From Candidatus Eiseniibacteriota bacterium (GTDB lineage Bacteria; Eisenbacteria; RBG-16-71-46), in assembly GCA_963707915.1 (NCBI GenBank), contig OY970178.1, forward strand, positions 2,198,103 to 2,262,102: 64,000 nt of DNA. Reading direction: 5' to 3'. Below, one piece after another: positions 37,458 through 46,851 of the stretch. The position numbers and the translations under genes were made by a program. How positions within the stretch are numbered: position 1 is the stretch's first letter; every line of letters starts with the position of its first letter. The notes under the pieces were generated by a model. The model worked only from the letters and a program-made list of their open reading frames with translations. It did no database searches and had not been told where the DNA came from.

Positions 37458-39092
37458 GTGCCCGCCATGCCTGACTCCGCCCCACCCCGCCGCTCGCTGC
37501 TGCCGCTCATCGTCGCGCTCGCCGCGCTCCTGCTGAGCACGCTGCTCGCCAGCGCCTTCCCCCTGCTCGATCCCGCCGAGGGCCGCAACGCCGAGATCGC
37601 GCGCGAGATGGCCGTGGACGGCGACTGGCTCGTCCCCCACCTCGCGGGCATGCCGAGCCTCGACCGGCCCCCGGCGCTCGCCTGGGCGGCCGCCGCCGCC
37701 ATTCGCGTCGCCGGCAACGAGCCCTGGGCCGTGCGCCTGCCCGCCGCGCTCGCCTCCGCGCTGACGCTCGCGCTCCTCACCCGCTCCGCCCAGCGCCGCG
37801 GGGGCCGGCCCTTCGCCCTGCGCGCGGCCGCGCTGCTCTACACCGCGCCGCTCTTCGCCGTGCTCTCGGCCTGCGCCGTCACCGCCGTGCCGCTCGCCCT
37901 CTGCGTCACGGCGGTCTGGCTCGGGCTCGCCGCCGAGGTCACCGGGGGCCCGAGCGCGCGGCGCCGGCTCGGGATGTTCGCCGCCGTGGCCGCCGGCCTG
38001 CTCGTGAACGGCCCGGTCATGCTCGCCTGGGCCCTGGGCGGCAGCCTCGGCGCTGCGCTGATCTGCCGCCGCCCCGCCCCGCTGCGCTGGCTCGCGTGGT
38101 GGCCCGGCTGGCTCGTGGTCCTCGGCGTCGCGGGCGGCTGGCTCGCGCTGGCGAGCGTCCGGCATCCCGGGGTCCCGGGCTACGCCTTCCTCGCGGAGCC
38201 GTCCGGGTGGCTGACCGGAGACCCGATCCGCGGCGGGCGGCCGTGGTGGCTCGCGCCGGTGGCGCTCGCGGCCGGCGCGCTGCCATGGTCGCTCGCCACG
38301 CCCTGGTGGCGCCGGCGCGCGCCGGGAGAAGAGGGCCTGCTCTCGGCCGAGAGCCGGGTCGGGCTCGGCTTCGTGTCGTTCGCCGTCGCGTGCTTCCCGC
38401 TCTGGAGCTCGAACGCCGCCGGACTGCTCCCCGCGTTGCCGATGCTGGCGTGGACCGCGGCCGAGGCCTGGTCCGACGCGGAGCGCGCGCGCCGCGCGGC
38501 CTGGGGACTGGCCGTCGTCTTCCTCGCGATCACCCTCGCGTCCGCCTTCGCCGGCTTCGGCCCGTGGCTGGGACGCGCCGGAGCGCCCTTCGATTCGGCC
38601 GCCACCAGCGCGAAGATCATCGCCGCCTGTTTCGCCTACGTCGCGCTGCGTTCGGCCGCCGCGGCCCTCGGCCGGCCCGACCGGGCGTTCATCGGCATCC
38701 TGCTCTTCACGCCGGTCGTGCTGTTCGCCGCCGGCGAGCCGCTGCTGCGCTACGCCGAGACGCGGTCGGGCGAGCCGCTGGCCCGCGCCATCGCCACCAT
38801 CGCGCCCGGCGGGTTCGTGCGCTACGAGGCCTGCTACAGCCCGGGTGCCGATTTCCGGCTGGGGCGGCGCTCGGCGCTGCTCAGCGCGCTCGGCGTCGAG
38901 ACCACGAGCGCCTACCAGGCCCGCCACCGTGCCGCGCTGCTCGCCCGCGGGCTGTGGACGCCGCTCACCGCGGTCCCGGACTCCGACCGGGTGGACGTCG
39001 TCGTGCGTCCGGCGCGCGGGGCCCTGCCGCCCCCGGAAGGGTACATGGAGTTCTTCCGCGACGGCCGCTTCGCCGCCTACGTCCGCCGGTAG
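37458..39092 (+). CDS. Glycosyltransferase family 39/83 (ArnT/PMT-like) membrane glycosyltransferase
   Basis: 544 aa, polytopic, with an N-terminal loop carrying the DPAEGRNAEIAREM motif (DE/DP loop of the ArnT/PMT family). Possible starts are the GTG at 37458 or the ATG at 37467. Confidence 0.75.
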   Translation: MPAMPDSAPPRRSLLPLIVALAALLLSTLLASAFPLLDPAEGRNAEIAREMAVDGDWLVPHLAGMPSLDRPPALAWAAAAAIRVAGNEPWAVRLPAALASALTLALLTRSAQRRGGRPFALRAAALLYTAPLFAVLSACAVTAVPLALCVTAVWLGLAAEVTGGPSARRRLGMFAAVAAGLLVNGPVMLAWALGGSLGAALICRRPAPLRWLAWWPGWLVVLGVAGGWLALASVRHPGVPGYAFLAEPSGWLTGDPIRGGRPWWLAPVALAAGALPWSLATPWWRRRAPGEEGLLSAESRVGLGFVSFAVACFPLWSSNAAGLLPALPMLAWTAAEAWSDAERARRAAWGLAVVFLAITLASAFAGFGPWLGRAGAPFDSAATSAKIIAACFAYVALRSAAAALGRPDRAFIGILLFTPVVLFAAGEPLLRYAETRSGEPLARAIATIAPGGFVRYEACYSPGADFRLGRRSALLSALGVETTSAYQARHRAALLARGLWTPLTAVPDSDRVDVVVRPARGALPPPEGYMEFFRDGRFAAYVRR

Positions 39093-39229
39093 GAGAGCGC
39101 CCCGTCCTCGTCCTGCTTGGTGAAGGCGCGGCCGACCGCTAGAATTCAGGTCGTCCCAGCTCCCGTGCGCGGGCCCCGCCCGCGCCGCGCGCACCCACCA
39201 TCGACCTGACAGCACGGGGAGACGCCGCC

Positions 39230-41532
39230 ATGCCACGCGACCTGCCCATCGCCTCTCCGAAGCGCCGGCCCCTGCAGCTGGCGCTCGTCGTCCTGCTCGG
39301 CCTCGTGCTCGCGCCGGCCGGTCATGCCGCCGACCTGATGAGGTAGCAGCCCTACCTGGTCTACCCCGGCGACCCGACCCAGATGCAGATCCTGTGGCAG
39401 CTGACGGCCACGGCGACCTCCACGCTCGCGTGGGGCACCGACACCACCTTGCGCTGGGCAGCGTGGCGAACGACGAGTACGGCGCCGACCACCAGCACGC
39501 CTGCGCGCTCTCCGGGCTGACGCCGGCCACGAAGTACCACTTCCGGGTCACCACCGACGGCGTCGCGTACCGCGGCTCGTTCACCACGGCGCCGAACTCC
39601 TGGGCGACGAAGCTCAAGTTCCTGGCCTACGGCGACACGCGCACCTACCCCGCGACCCACAACCAGGTCGCGGGCGCCATGCTCTCCACCATCGCCGACG
39701 ACCCGGCCTTCCAGTCGCTGTCCCTCTTCATGGGCGACTACGTGACCAGCGGGACCGTCGAGTCGGTCTGGACCACCGAGTTCTTCGACCCCGCGCTGAC
39801 GAACGTCCGGCAGTTGATGGCGAGCCTCCCCCTGCAGGGCACCATGGGGAACCACGAGGGGACCGGCACCCTGTTCGTGAAGTACTTCCCCTTCCCCTTC
39901 GTCGCGGGGCGCTACTGGTCGTTCGACTACGGTCCCATCCACGTCACGGTGGTGGACCAGTACACCAGCTACGCCCCGGGCTCGGCGCAGCTGCAGTGGA
40001 TCGCCGACGACCTCGCCCGCACCAACAAGACCTGGAAGTTCATCCTGCTGCACGAGCCGGGCTGGTCCGGCGGCGGTGGCCACCCGAACAACACGCTGGT
40101 GCAGGCCTACCTGCAGCCGCTCTGCCTGCAGTACGGCGTGTCGATCGTGTTCGGCGGCCACAATCACTTCTACGCCCGGGCGGTCGTCAACGGCGTGCAG
40201 CACCTCACGCTGGGCGGCGGCGGCGCCCCGCTCGAGACCCCGGACATCTTCATGCCGTACCTGGTGGCCAGCGCGCGGGCGAATCACCACGCCACCCTCG
40301 CCATCGACGGGGACACGCTCCGGTTCAAGGCGTTCAACACGGCCAACGGCGCGGCGCTCGATTCCTTCACGCTCCTGAGGCCGTCCGTGGCCCCCGACAG
40401 CACCTTCCCCGCGGTCACCCTGTCCTCGCCCGCCGGCGGCGAGACCTGGAAGGCCGGCTCCGTGCACCCGGTCACCTGGAGCGCGTCCGACGACGTCGGC
40501 GTCGCCGCGGTGGACCTGGCCGGCTCGACGGACGGCGGCGCCAGCTTCCCGGTCGTGATCGCCCGCGGGCTCGCGAACTCGGGCTCCTACGCCTGGACCG
40601 TGCCCAACAACGTCTCGGCCACGGTGCGGGTCCGCATCACGGTGCGCGACTCGACCGGCAACATCAGCCGGGACGCCAGCGCGGGCGACTTCGCCATCGA
40701 CAACTGGATCGTCCACGCGACCGCCGGGCCGAACGGCAGCATCGTCCCGGGCGGCGACGTGCCGGTCGTCGAGGGCGCGACCCAGCGGCTCTCCATCCGC
40801 CCGGTCGCCGGCTACCGCGTGGCCGCGCTCACCGTGGACGGCAGCCCGGTGTCCGCCGACACGAGCTGGACGTTCACCGCCGTCGCGGCGCACCACACCA
40901 TCGCCGCGACGTTCGCCGACGCCGCGCTCCCCGCGGTGCACGTGGTCTCACCCAACGGGCGCGAGCTGTGGACCCAGGGCACGTCCCACACCATCACGTG
41001 GGTGGCTACCGACAACGCCGCGGTCAGCCGGGTGGACGTGGACTACTCGCTCGCCGGCCCGGACGGGCCCTGGCTGCCGGTGGGCCACGACGTCCCCAAC
41101 TCGGGCTCGCTGGCCTGGACCCTGCCGATGCAGCGCTCGGACAGCGCGCTGGTCCGGGTGACGGCCTGGGATCCCACCGGGAACGCCGGGAGCGACGCGA
41201 GCGACAGCCTGTTCTACGTCTACGACCCCAACGCGTCCGTGGACGGCCGCGGAGCGGTCAGCCTCTTCCTCTCCCGCCCGATCCCCGATCCGAGCGTCGG
41301 GAGCGCCTTGTTGCGCTTCGGCCTGCCCGCTGCGGGACGCGTGCGCCTCGAGATCCTCGACCTCGCCGGCCGGCGCGTCTGGCGCACCGAGGGCGACCTG
41401 CCCGCCGGCGAGCACGCGTGGCGCTGGAACGGCGAGACCGACCCGGGCGGACGCGCGGGGACCGGGCTCTACTTCATCCGCCTGGTCACGCCCTGGGGCA
41501 CGCGAACCGACAGGCTGGTGCGGCTGCGGTAG
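39230..41532 (+). pseudogene. Calcineurin-like metallophosphoesterase (purple-acid-phosphatase-like) with a C-terminal FlgD-Ig/T9SS-like domain; the N-terminus is disrupted by an in-frame TAG and a frameshift
   Basis: The ATG at 39230 follows GGGGAG and encodes a signal peptide, then a TAG at 39344-39346, then QPYLVYPGDPTQMQILWQL...WGTDTTL in the same frame. The rest (GSVANDEYGADHQHAC..., GDYV, GNHE, GHNHFYAR motifs) continues in the +2 frame from about 39450. The intact 712-aa track ORF (39394-41532) lacks a signal peptide. Confidence 0.65.
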
Positions 41533-41644
41533 CGCGCCCCCCGCGCCGGACCACGGATTCCCGGCGTCCTTCGCGGTCACCGGGGACCCGGAAAGTCCGC
41601 CAAAGGCGCGGGCCGGAAGTGCCGATAACGGGCCCGGAGGAGGC

Positions 41645-42139
41645 ATGACCATGGCCCGGAAGACGTTGCGTGGCGGGAAGGGCGCGACCCTCGTGGAGTT
41701 CGCGATGGTCTTCCCCATGCTGATGGTGCTGATCTTCGCCATCATGGACTTCGGCATGTACTTCTTCGTCCAGCACAGCCTCCAGTTCGCCACCCGCGAG
41801 GGAGTCCGGCTCGCGCTCGTCGGCCGGACCATCAACGACGCCTCGGGCAACCCGATGACCCGCGAGGGCTCGATCGTCCAGACCATCCGGAACAAGGCCT
41901 CGGTGGCCGTCCGGCCGGCCGACGTGACGGTCAGCATCTATCCCGTGGACAACACCTTCGCCGACCCGTCGGGCTGGCAGACCACGCAGAACGCGGGGCT
42001 GCCGGGCAGCTACATGCGGGTGAAGACCCGCTACACCTACCAACTCGTCACCCCGTTCGCGCTGGTGGGCTTCCTCGTGCCCAACCGGCTGCGGGTGATC
42101 GAGGTGCAGGCCACCTACAAGAACGAGCTCTTCAACTAG
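41645..42139 (+). CDS. TadE/TadF-like pseudopilin (Flp pilus assembly)
   Basis: A GGAGGAGG RBS precedes the start. It is 164 aa with the TadE N-terminal motif GATLVEFAMVFPMLMVLIFAIMDFG. Confidence 0.8.
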   Translation: MTMARKTLRGGKGATLVEFAMVFPMLMVLIFAIMDFGMYFFVQHSLQFATREGVRLALVGRTINDASGNPMTREGSIVQTIRNKASVAVRPADVTVSIYPVDNTFADPSGWQTTQNAGLPGSYMRVKTRYTYQLVTPFALVGFLVPNRLRVIEVQATYKNELFN

Positions 42140-42179
42140 CGGCGGGCAGGCCCACCGCTCCCGCTCGACAGGACGTGAC

Positions 42180-42782
42180 ATGATCGGCGTCGATCAGCGG
42201 TCCAGCCTCACGCGAGGCCCGTTCGCCGGGCGGAACCGGGGACGGGGCACCGCGCTCATCGAGTTCGCCCTCGTCCTGCCGATCCTCATCATCCTGCTCC
42301 TGGTCACGGTGGACTTCGGCCGGCTGATCCAGACCCGGCTGATCATCAGCAACGTGAGCCGCGAGGGCGGGAGCCTCGCCGCGCGGCAGACGACGGTGGA
42401 CACCAGCCTGGTCACGGTGCTCAAGGAGTCCGGCAAGCCGCTCAACCTGATCGGCGCGGACGGGAAGATCGTCGTGACCCGGATCAACGCGGGCGCGAGC
42501 GCGGGCGCGCCGGACCCCACGATCGCCACGCAGATCGTCCGCGGGACGCTGGCGCGGAACAGCTCGATCTCCGCGGGCGCCGCCAACCTGGGACTCGCTT
42601 CGAGCATCTACGGCCACCTGCGGTTCCGGACGGCCAACGCCACCTCGGACATCGCGGAGGTCACGGTGGTCGAGGTCTTCTACAAGTACCGGCCGATCAC
42701 GCCGTTCCCGAGGGGATTCGGCGGCGGCATGCTCACGCCCGACACGGACGGCATGATCGTCTGGAGCCGGGCCATCTTCTAG
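42180..42782 (+). CDS. TadE-like pseudopilin
   Basis: 200 aa with the TadE motif GTALIEFALVLPILIILLLVTVDFG. Confidence 0.75.
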   Translation: MIGVDQRSSLTRGPFAGRNRGRGTALIEFALVLPILIILLLVTVDFGRLIQTRLIISNVSREGGSLAARQTTVDTSLVTVLKESGKPLNLIGADGKIVVTRINAGASAGAPDPTIATQIVRGTLARNSSISAGAANLGLASSIYGHLRFRTANATSDIAEVTVVEVFYKYRPITPFPRGFGGGMLTPDTDGMIVWSRAIF

Positions 42783-42851
42783 CACCGCGTGGACGCCGTC
42801 CCCCTCGACGCCGAACCCCGAAGGCGGCCACCGCCGGGAAGGAACCTGGAG

Positions 42852-44135
42852 ATGAAGAGGCACATGAAGGCAGAGGCCGGGACCGTCCTGATCGCGTTCG
42901 CCCTCTTCCTGTTCATCCTGCTCGGCTTCTGCGCCATCGGCATGGAGGCCGGCCGCTGGTTCATGGTCCGCGCCGAGCTCTCCAAGAGCGTGGACGCCGC
43001 GGCACTGGCGGCGGCCAAGAACATCTCCAACCCCTTCGTCGACCCCAGCACGCTCGCCCGGGAGTTCGCCGCGGCCAACTTCCCGAGCGGCTACCTGGGC
43101 ACGCCCGCCTCGGGGGCCGGTGCGGTGACCTTCAGCGCCACGGTGATCGGCAACGACAAGGTGCAGGTGGACGGCAACGTGAGCGCCACCGCCATCCTGG
43201 CCCGGCTCTTCGGCGTGAACCTGGTGCCGACCGCCAGCCGCGGGGTCGGCCAGAAGAAGGAAGTCGAGATCATGCTGGTGCTGGACCGCTCGGGCTCGAT
43301 GGCCGGCACCCCCATCTCGGACCTGAAGAACGCGGCCCGGACGTTCGTGGACTACTTCGCGGCCACCCAGGACAAGGACAAGATGGGCATGATCAGCTTC
43401 TCGACCGCGGTGACGCTCGACCGACCGCTGGGCACGAACTACGTCACCGCCATGAGGACGGCGATCACCGCGATGAACGCCGCCAACTACACCAACACCG
43501 AGGACGCCATCGACCAGGCCGACGGGCCCGGGGGCTTCACGGACCAGACCGGCGTCCCCGGCGACCAGCGCATCCAGCAGTTCCTGATCTTCTTCTCGGA
43601 CGGCCAGCCCACCGCCTTCCGCGGATCGTTCGGGTACCAGGGCAGGATCTACGACGCCGTCGCCATCGGTTCGACCACGGGCGGCGGCGACTGCGATCCC
43701 AGCACCTACCCGGGCACAGGGAACCTCTACAACCCCGTCACCGCGGCAACCCTCGCGGTCCCGACCCGGCCGACCGGGGACGGCACGACGACCCGGATCC
43801 GCTGCACCAGCAACGGGACGCTCCAGTACACGACGCGCTGGTACGTCTTCGACACCATGCCCGTCTCCGGCTACGCGGCCACGGCGAACTGCATCCCGAG
43901 CGGCCCGCTCGGCGGCCAGTTCTGCACCATCACCAACCAGCTCGCCCTCAACCACGCGGCCGAGCTGAAGGCCAGGAACATCGTCATCTACGCGATCGGG
44001 CTGGGCAACATCGACGCCCCGTTCATGCAGGCGATCGCGAACCCCAACCTCTACTACCGCGCGCCCACCTCCGCCCAGCTGCAGGCAATCTTCCAGCGGG
44101 TCGCGCAGGAGATCAAGCTCCGCCTGGTGCAGTAG
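42852..44135 (+). CDS. TadG-like pilus-associated protein with a VWA domain
   Basis: ATG at 42852 (AAGGAAC...GGAG upstream), 427 aa, with a TadE-like N-terminal TM segment and VWA/MIDAS motifs (VLDRSGSM ... FFSDGQPT ... IYAIGLG). Confidence 0.75.
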   Translation: MKRHMKAEAGTVLIAFALFLFILLGFCAIGMEAGRWFMVRAELSKSVDAAALAAAKNISNPFVDPSTLAREFAAANFPSGYLGTPASGAGAVTFSATVIGNDKVQVDGNVSATAILARLFGVNLVPTASRGVGQKKEVEIMLVLDRSGSMAGTPISDLKNAARTFVDYFAATQDKDKMGMISFSTAVTLDRPLGTNYVTAMRTAITAMNAANYTNTEDAIDQADGPGGFTDQTGVPGDQRIQQFLIFFSDGQPTAFRGSFGYQGRIYDAVAIGSTTGGGDCDPSTYPGTGNLYNPVTAATLAVPTRPTGDGTTTRIRCTSNGTLQYTTRWYVFDTMPVSGYAATANCIPSGPLGGQFCTITNQLALNHAAELKARNIVIYAIGLGNIDAPFMQAIANPNLYYRAPTSAQLQAIFQRVAQEIKLRLVQ

Positions 44136-44152
44136 CCCGGGCGCTCCCCCGC

Positions 44153-44195
44153 GAGCCCCCGCCCGCCCTCCGGGGCCGGCGGGGGCTCCTTCGTG
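44153..44195 (+). terminator. GC-rich hairpin terminator after tadG-like gene
   Basis: A perfect 11-bp stem GAGCCCCCGCC/GGCGGGGGCTC with a 14-nt loop, followed by CTTCGTG, lies 18 nt after the stop. Confidence 0.5.
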
Positions 44196-44280
44196 CCCCG
44201 CCCGGACCGGCTGGCCCCGTCGCGCCACCCGCGCTATCGTGCGGCCGCGACGTCACCCGCCACCGGACACCGGGGATCCC

Positions 44281-45393
44281 ATGAGCGAGCCGAAGCAGCA
44301 GCGCCATCTCTCGGGCCCGCGCATCGAGCCGCCCGCCATCACGGGCCGCGAGAGCGTGGCCGAGCTCATCGACCAGGCCTTCCTCGCCTACAACGCGGCC
44401 CGCCTGCGCGAAGGCGCCCGGTTGCTGACCGAGCGCATGCTCGACCCCGACGTCACCGTCGGGCTCTCGGTCTCCGGGGCACTCACCCCCGCCGGGCTGG
44501 GCATGAGCGCGCTGATCCCGCTGTTGCGGGCCGGCTTCGTGGACTGGGTCGTCTCGACCGGCGCGAACCTGTACCACGACACCCACTTCGGCCTCGGCCT
44601 GCCGCTGCACCGTGGCACCTTCCAGGTGGACGACGTCGAGCTGCACGACGAGGGCGTGGTGCGCATCTACGACATCTTCTTCGACTACCGCGTGCTGCTC
44701 GACACCGACGCGTTCTTCCGCGAGGTCATCGCCGGGCCGGAGTTCCAGCGCACGATGAGCACGGCCGAGTTCCACTTCCTGTGCGGGAAGTACATCCGCG
44801 CCCGCGAGCAGGCCCTGGGGCTCACCAGCCGCTCGCTGCTCGCCGTGGCCTGGGAGTGCGGCGTGCCGGTCTACACCTCCTCGCCGGGCGACTCCTCGAT
44901 CGGCATGAACGTGGCGGCCCGGGCGCTCGAGGGCAACCGCCTCGTGCTCGACGTCAGCGCCGACGTCAACGAGACCGCGGCCATCGTCTGGACTGCGAAG
45001 CGGACGGGCGGCAGGAGCGCGGTGTGGATCCTCGGCGGCGGGAGCCCCAAGAACTTCGTGCTCCAGACCGAGCCGCAGCTGCAGGAGGTGCTGGGCATCA
45101 GCGAGAAGGGCCACGACTACTTCCTCGCCGTGACCGATGCGCGGCCCGACACCGGCGGGCTCTCGGGGGCGACGCCCTCGGAGGCGGTCTCGTGGGGCAA
45201 GATCGACCCCGACCAGCTCCCCGGCACGGTGATCTGCTACGCCGACTCCACCATCGGGCTGCCGCTGCTCACGGCGTACGCGCTGGCGAAGCACGCGCCG
45301 CGCCCGCTGCGGCGGCTCTACGACCGCCGCGCGGAGATGATGGAGGCGTTCCGGCACGCCTACTTCACCGAGGGGCGCGGGAAGCCGGAGTAG
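44281..45393 (+). CDS. Deoxyhypusine synthase-like (homospermidine synthase-like) NAD/spermidine-binding protein
   Basis: 370 aa with DHS-family motifs ([28 protein letters not shown]). Confidence 0.75.
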   Translation: MSEPKQQRHLSGPRIEPPAITGRESVAELIDQAFLAYNAARLREGARLLTERMLDPDVTVGLSVSGALTPAGLGMSALIPLLRAGFVDWVVSTGANLYHDTHFGLGLPLHRGTFQVDDVELHDEGVVRIYDIFFDYRVLLDTDAFFREVIAGPEFQRTMSTAEFHFLCGKYIRAREQALGLTSRSLLAVAWECGVPVYTSSPGDSSIGMNVAARALEGNRLVLDVSADVNETAAIVWTAKRTGGRSAVWILGGGSPKNFVLQTEPQLQEVLGISEKGHDYFLAVTDARPDTGGLSGATPSEAVSWGKIDPDQLPGTVICYADSTIGLPLLTAYALAKHAPRPLRRLYDRRAEMMEAFRHAYFTEGRGKPE

Positions 45394-45424
45394 CCGTCCA
45401 GCATCGAGGCCGGGGAGCGAACCG

Positions 45425-46453
45425 ATGAGAGCGATCGTCTTCGAGCGTCACGGCGGGCCGGAGGTGCTCGAGTCGCGCGAGGTGCCCGAGCCGGCGATCC
45501 GCCCCGACGAGGTGCGCGTCGAGGTGAAGGCGTGCGGCATCAACCACCTCGACCTGTGGGTACGGCGCGGACTGCCCGGGCTGGCCGTCGAGATGCCGCA
45601 CGTCCTGGGCAACGACGTCGCCGGCGTGGCCGCCGAGGTGGGCGCCGCGGTGCGGCACGTGAAGCCCGGCGACCGGCTGCTGGTGCTGCCCACCCTCTCC
45701 TGCGGCGTCTGCCCCGCGTGCCTGGCGGGCGACGACCACCTGTGCCGCCACCACGACGTGCTCGGGCGCCGGCGCAACGGCGGCTACGCGGAGCAGGTGG
45801 CGGTGCCCGGCGCGAACTGCCTGCCCTGCCCGGAAGGACTGAGCTGGGAGCGGGCCGCAGCGGTGCCGCTGGTCTTCCTCACCGCCTGGCACATGCTGGT
45901 CGGCCGCGCCCGGGTGCGGCCGGGCGAGGACGTGCTGGTGGTCGGCGCGAGCGGCGGCGTGGGCAGCGCCGCGGTGCAGGTCGCGAAGCTCCACGGCGCG
46001 CGGGTCATCGCCACCGCGGGCAGCGCGGAGCGCGCCGCGCGCGCGCGGGAGCTGGGGGCGGACGAGGCCATCGACCACTCGAGCGAGGACGTCGCGGCGC
46101 GCGTCCGCGCGCTCACCGGGGGGAAGGGCGTCGAGGTCGTGGTCGAGCACGTCGGCGGACGGATGTTCGAGCAGGCGGTCGCGGCGCTCGCGCGCGACGG
46201 ACGGCTCGTCACCTGCGGCGCCACCACCGGGCCGCAGGCCGCGCTCGATCTCAACCTGCTCTTCGGCCGCCACCTCTCGCTGCTGGGCTCGTGGATGGGC
46301 CGGCGCGGGGAGCTGGCCGAGGTGCTGAAGCACGTGCGCGCCGGCCGGCTGCGGCCGGTGGTGGACACGGTCCTCCCGCTCGCCGAGGCGCGCCGCGCCC
46401 ACGAGCGCATCGAGGCGCGACAGATGTTCGGGAAGGTGGTGCTGGTCCCGTGA
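45425..46453 (+). CDS. Zn-dependent alcohol dehydrogenase/quinone oxidoreductase (MDR superfamily)
   Basis: 342 aa with GINHLD, a Zn ligand cluster CGVCPAC...C, and Rossmann motif VVGASGGVGSAAVQ. Confidence 0.85.
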   Translation: MRAIVFERHGGPEVLESREVPEPAIRPDEVRVEVKACGINHLDLWVRRGLPGLAVEMPHVLGNDVAGVAAEVGAAVRHVKPGDRLLVLPTLSCGVCPACLAGDDHLCRHHDVLGRRRNGGYAEQVAVPGANCLPCPEGLSWERAAAVPLVFLTAWHMLVGRARVRPGEDVLVVGASGGVGSAAVQVAKLHGARVIATAGSAERAARARELGADEAIDHSSEDVAARVRALTGGKGVEVVVEHVGGRMFEQAVAALARDGRLVTCGATTGPQAALDLNLLFGRHLSLLGSWMGRRGELAEVLKHVRAGRLRPVVDTVLPLAEARRAHERIEARQMFGKVVLVP

Positions 46454-46479
46454 GCCGCCACCGCCGGCGCGGTCCCTTG

Positions 46480-46851
46480 ATGCAACTCGAGCGCGGGCAC
46501 GAGCCCCTGCTGCCCTACTCCGCCTTCCTGTTGCGGCTCGCCCGGAGCGTGCTGGCCGGGGTCCTGATCATCCTCGGCTCGCTCGCGATCGGGGTGGTCG
46601 GCTACCGCTGGACCGGGCACCTCAGCTGGGTCGACTCGCTCTACAACGCCTCGATGATTCTGGGCGGCATGGGGCCGGTGGACGACCGCGGGCTCGGCAT
46701 CCCGATCGCCGAGAAGTGGTTCGCCTCGGCCTACGCGCTGTTCGCGGGAATGGCGCTGCTGGTCATCGTCGGCGTGATGTTCGCGCCGCTGTTCCACCGC
46801 TTCCTGCACCACTTCCACCTGGTCGAGGACGAGGAGAAGCCGGCGCGATGA
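46480..46851 (+). CDS. Small membrane protein (2 TM), hypothetical
   Basis: 123 aa with two hydrophobic helices. Its stop overlaps the glcF start (ATGA). Support is weak. Confidence 0.4.
   Translation: MQLERGHEPLLPYSAFLLRLARSVLAGVLIILGSLAIGVVGYRWTGHLSWVDSLYNASMILGGMGPVDDRGLGIPIAEKWFASAYALFAGMALLVIVGVMFAPLFHRFLHHFHLVEDEEKPAR

Noticed and set aside
36291-39617. A 1108-aa ORF on the - strand
   Set aside because: It is antisense to the Bcp-MsrB, ArnT-like and metallophosphoesterase genes. It is Arg/Gly/Glu-rich low-complexity sequence with no protein-like features.
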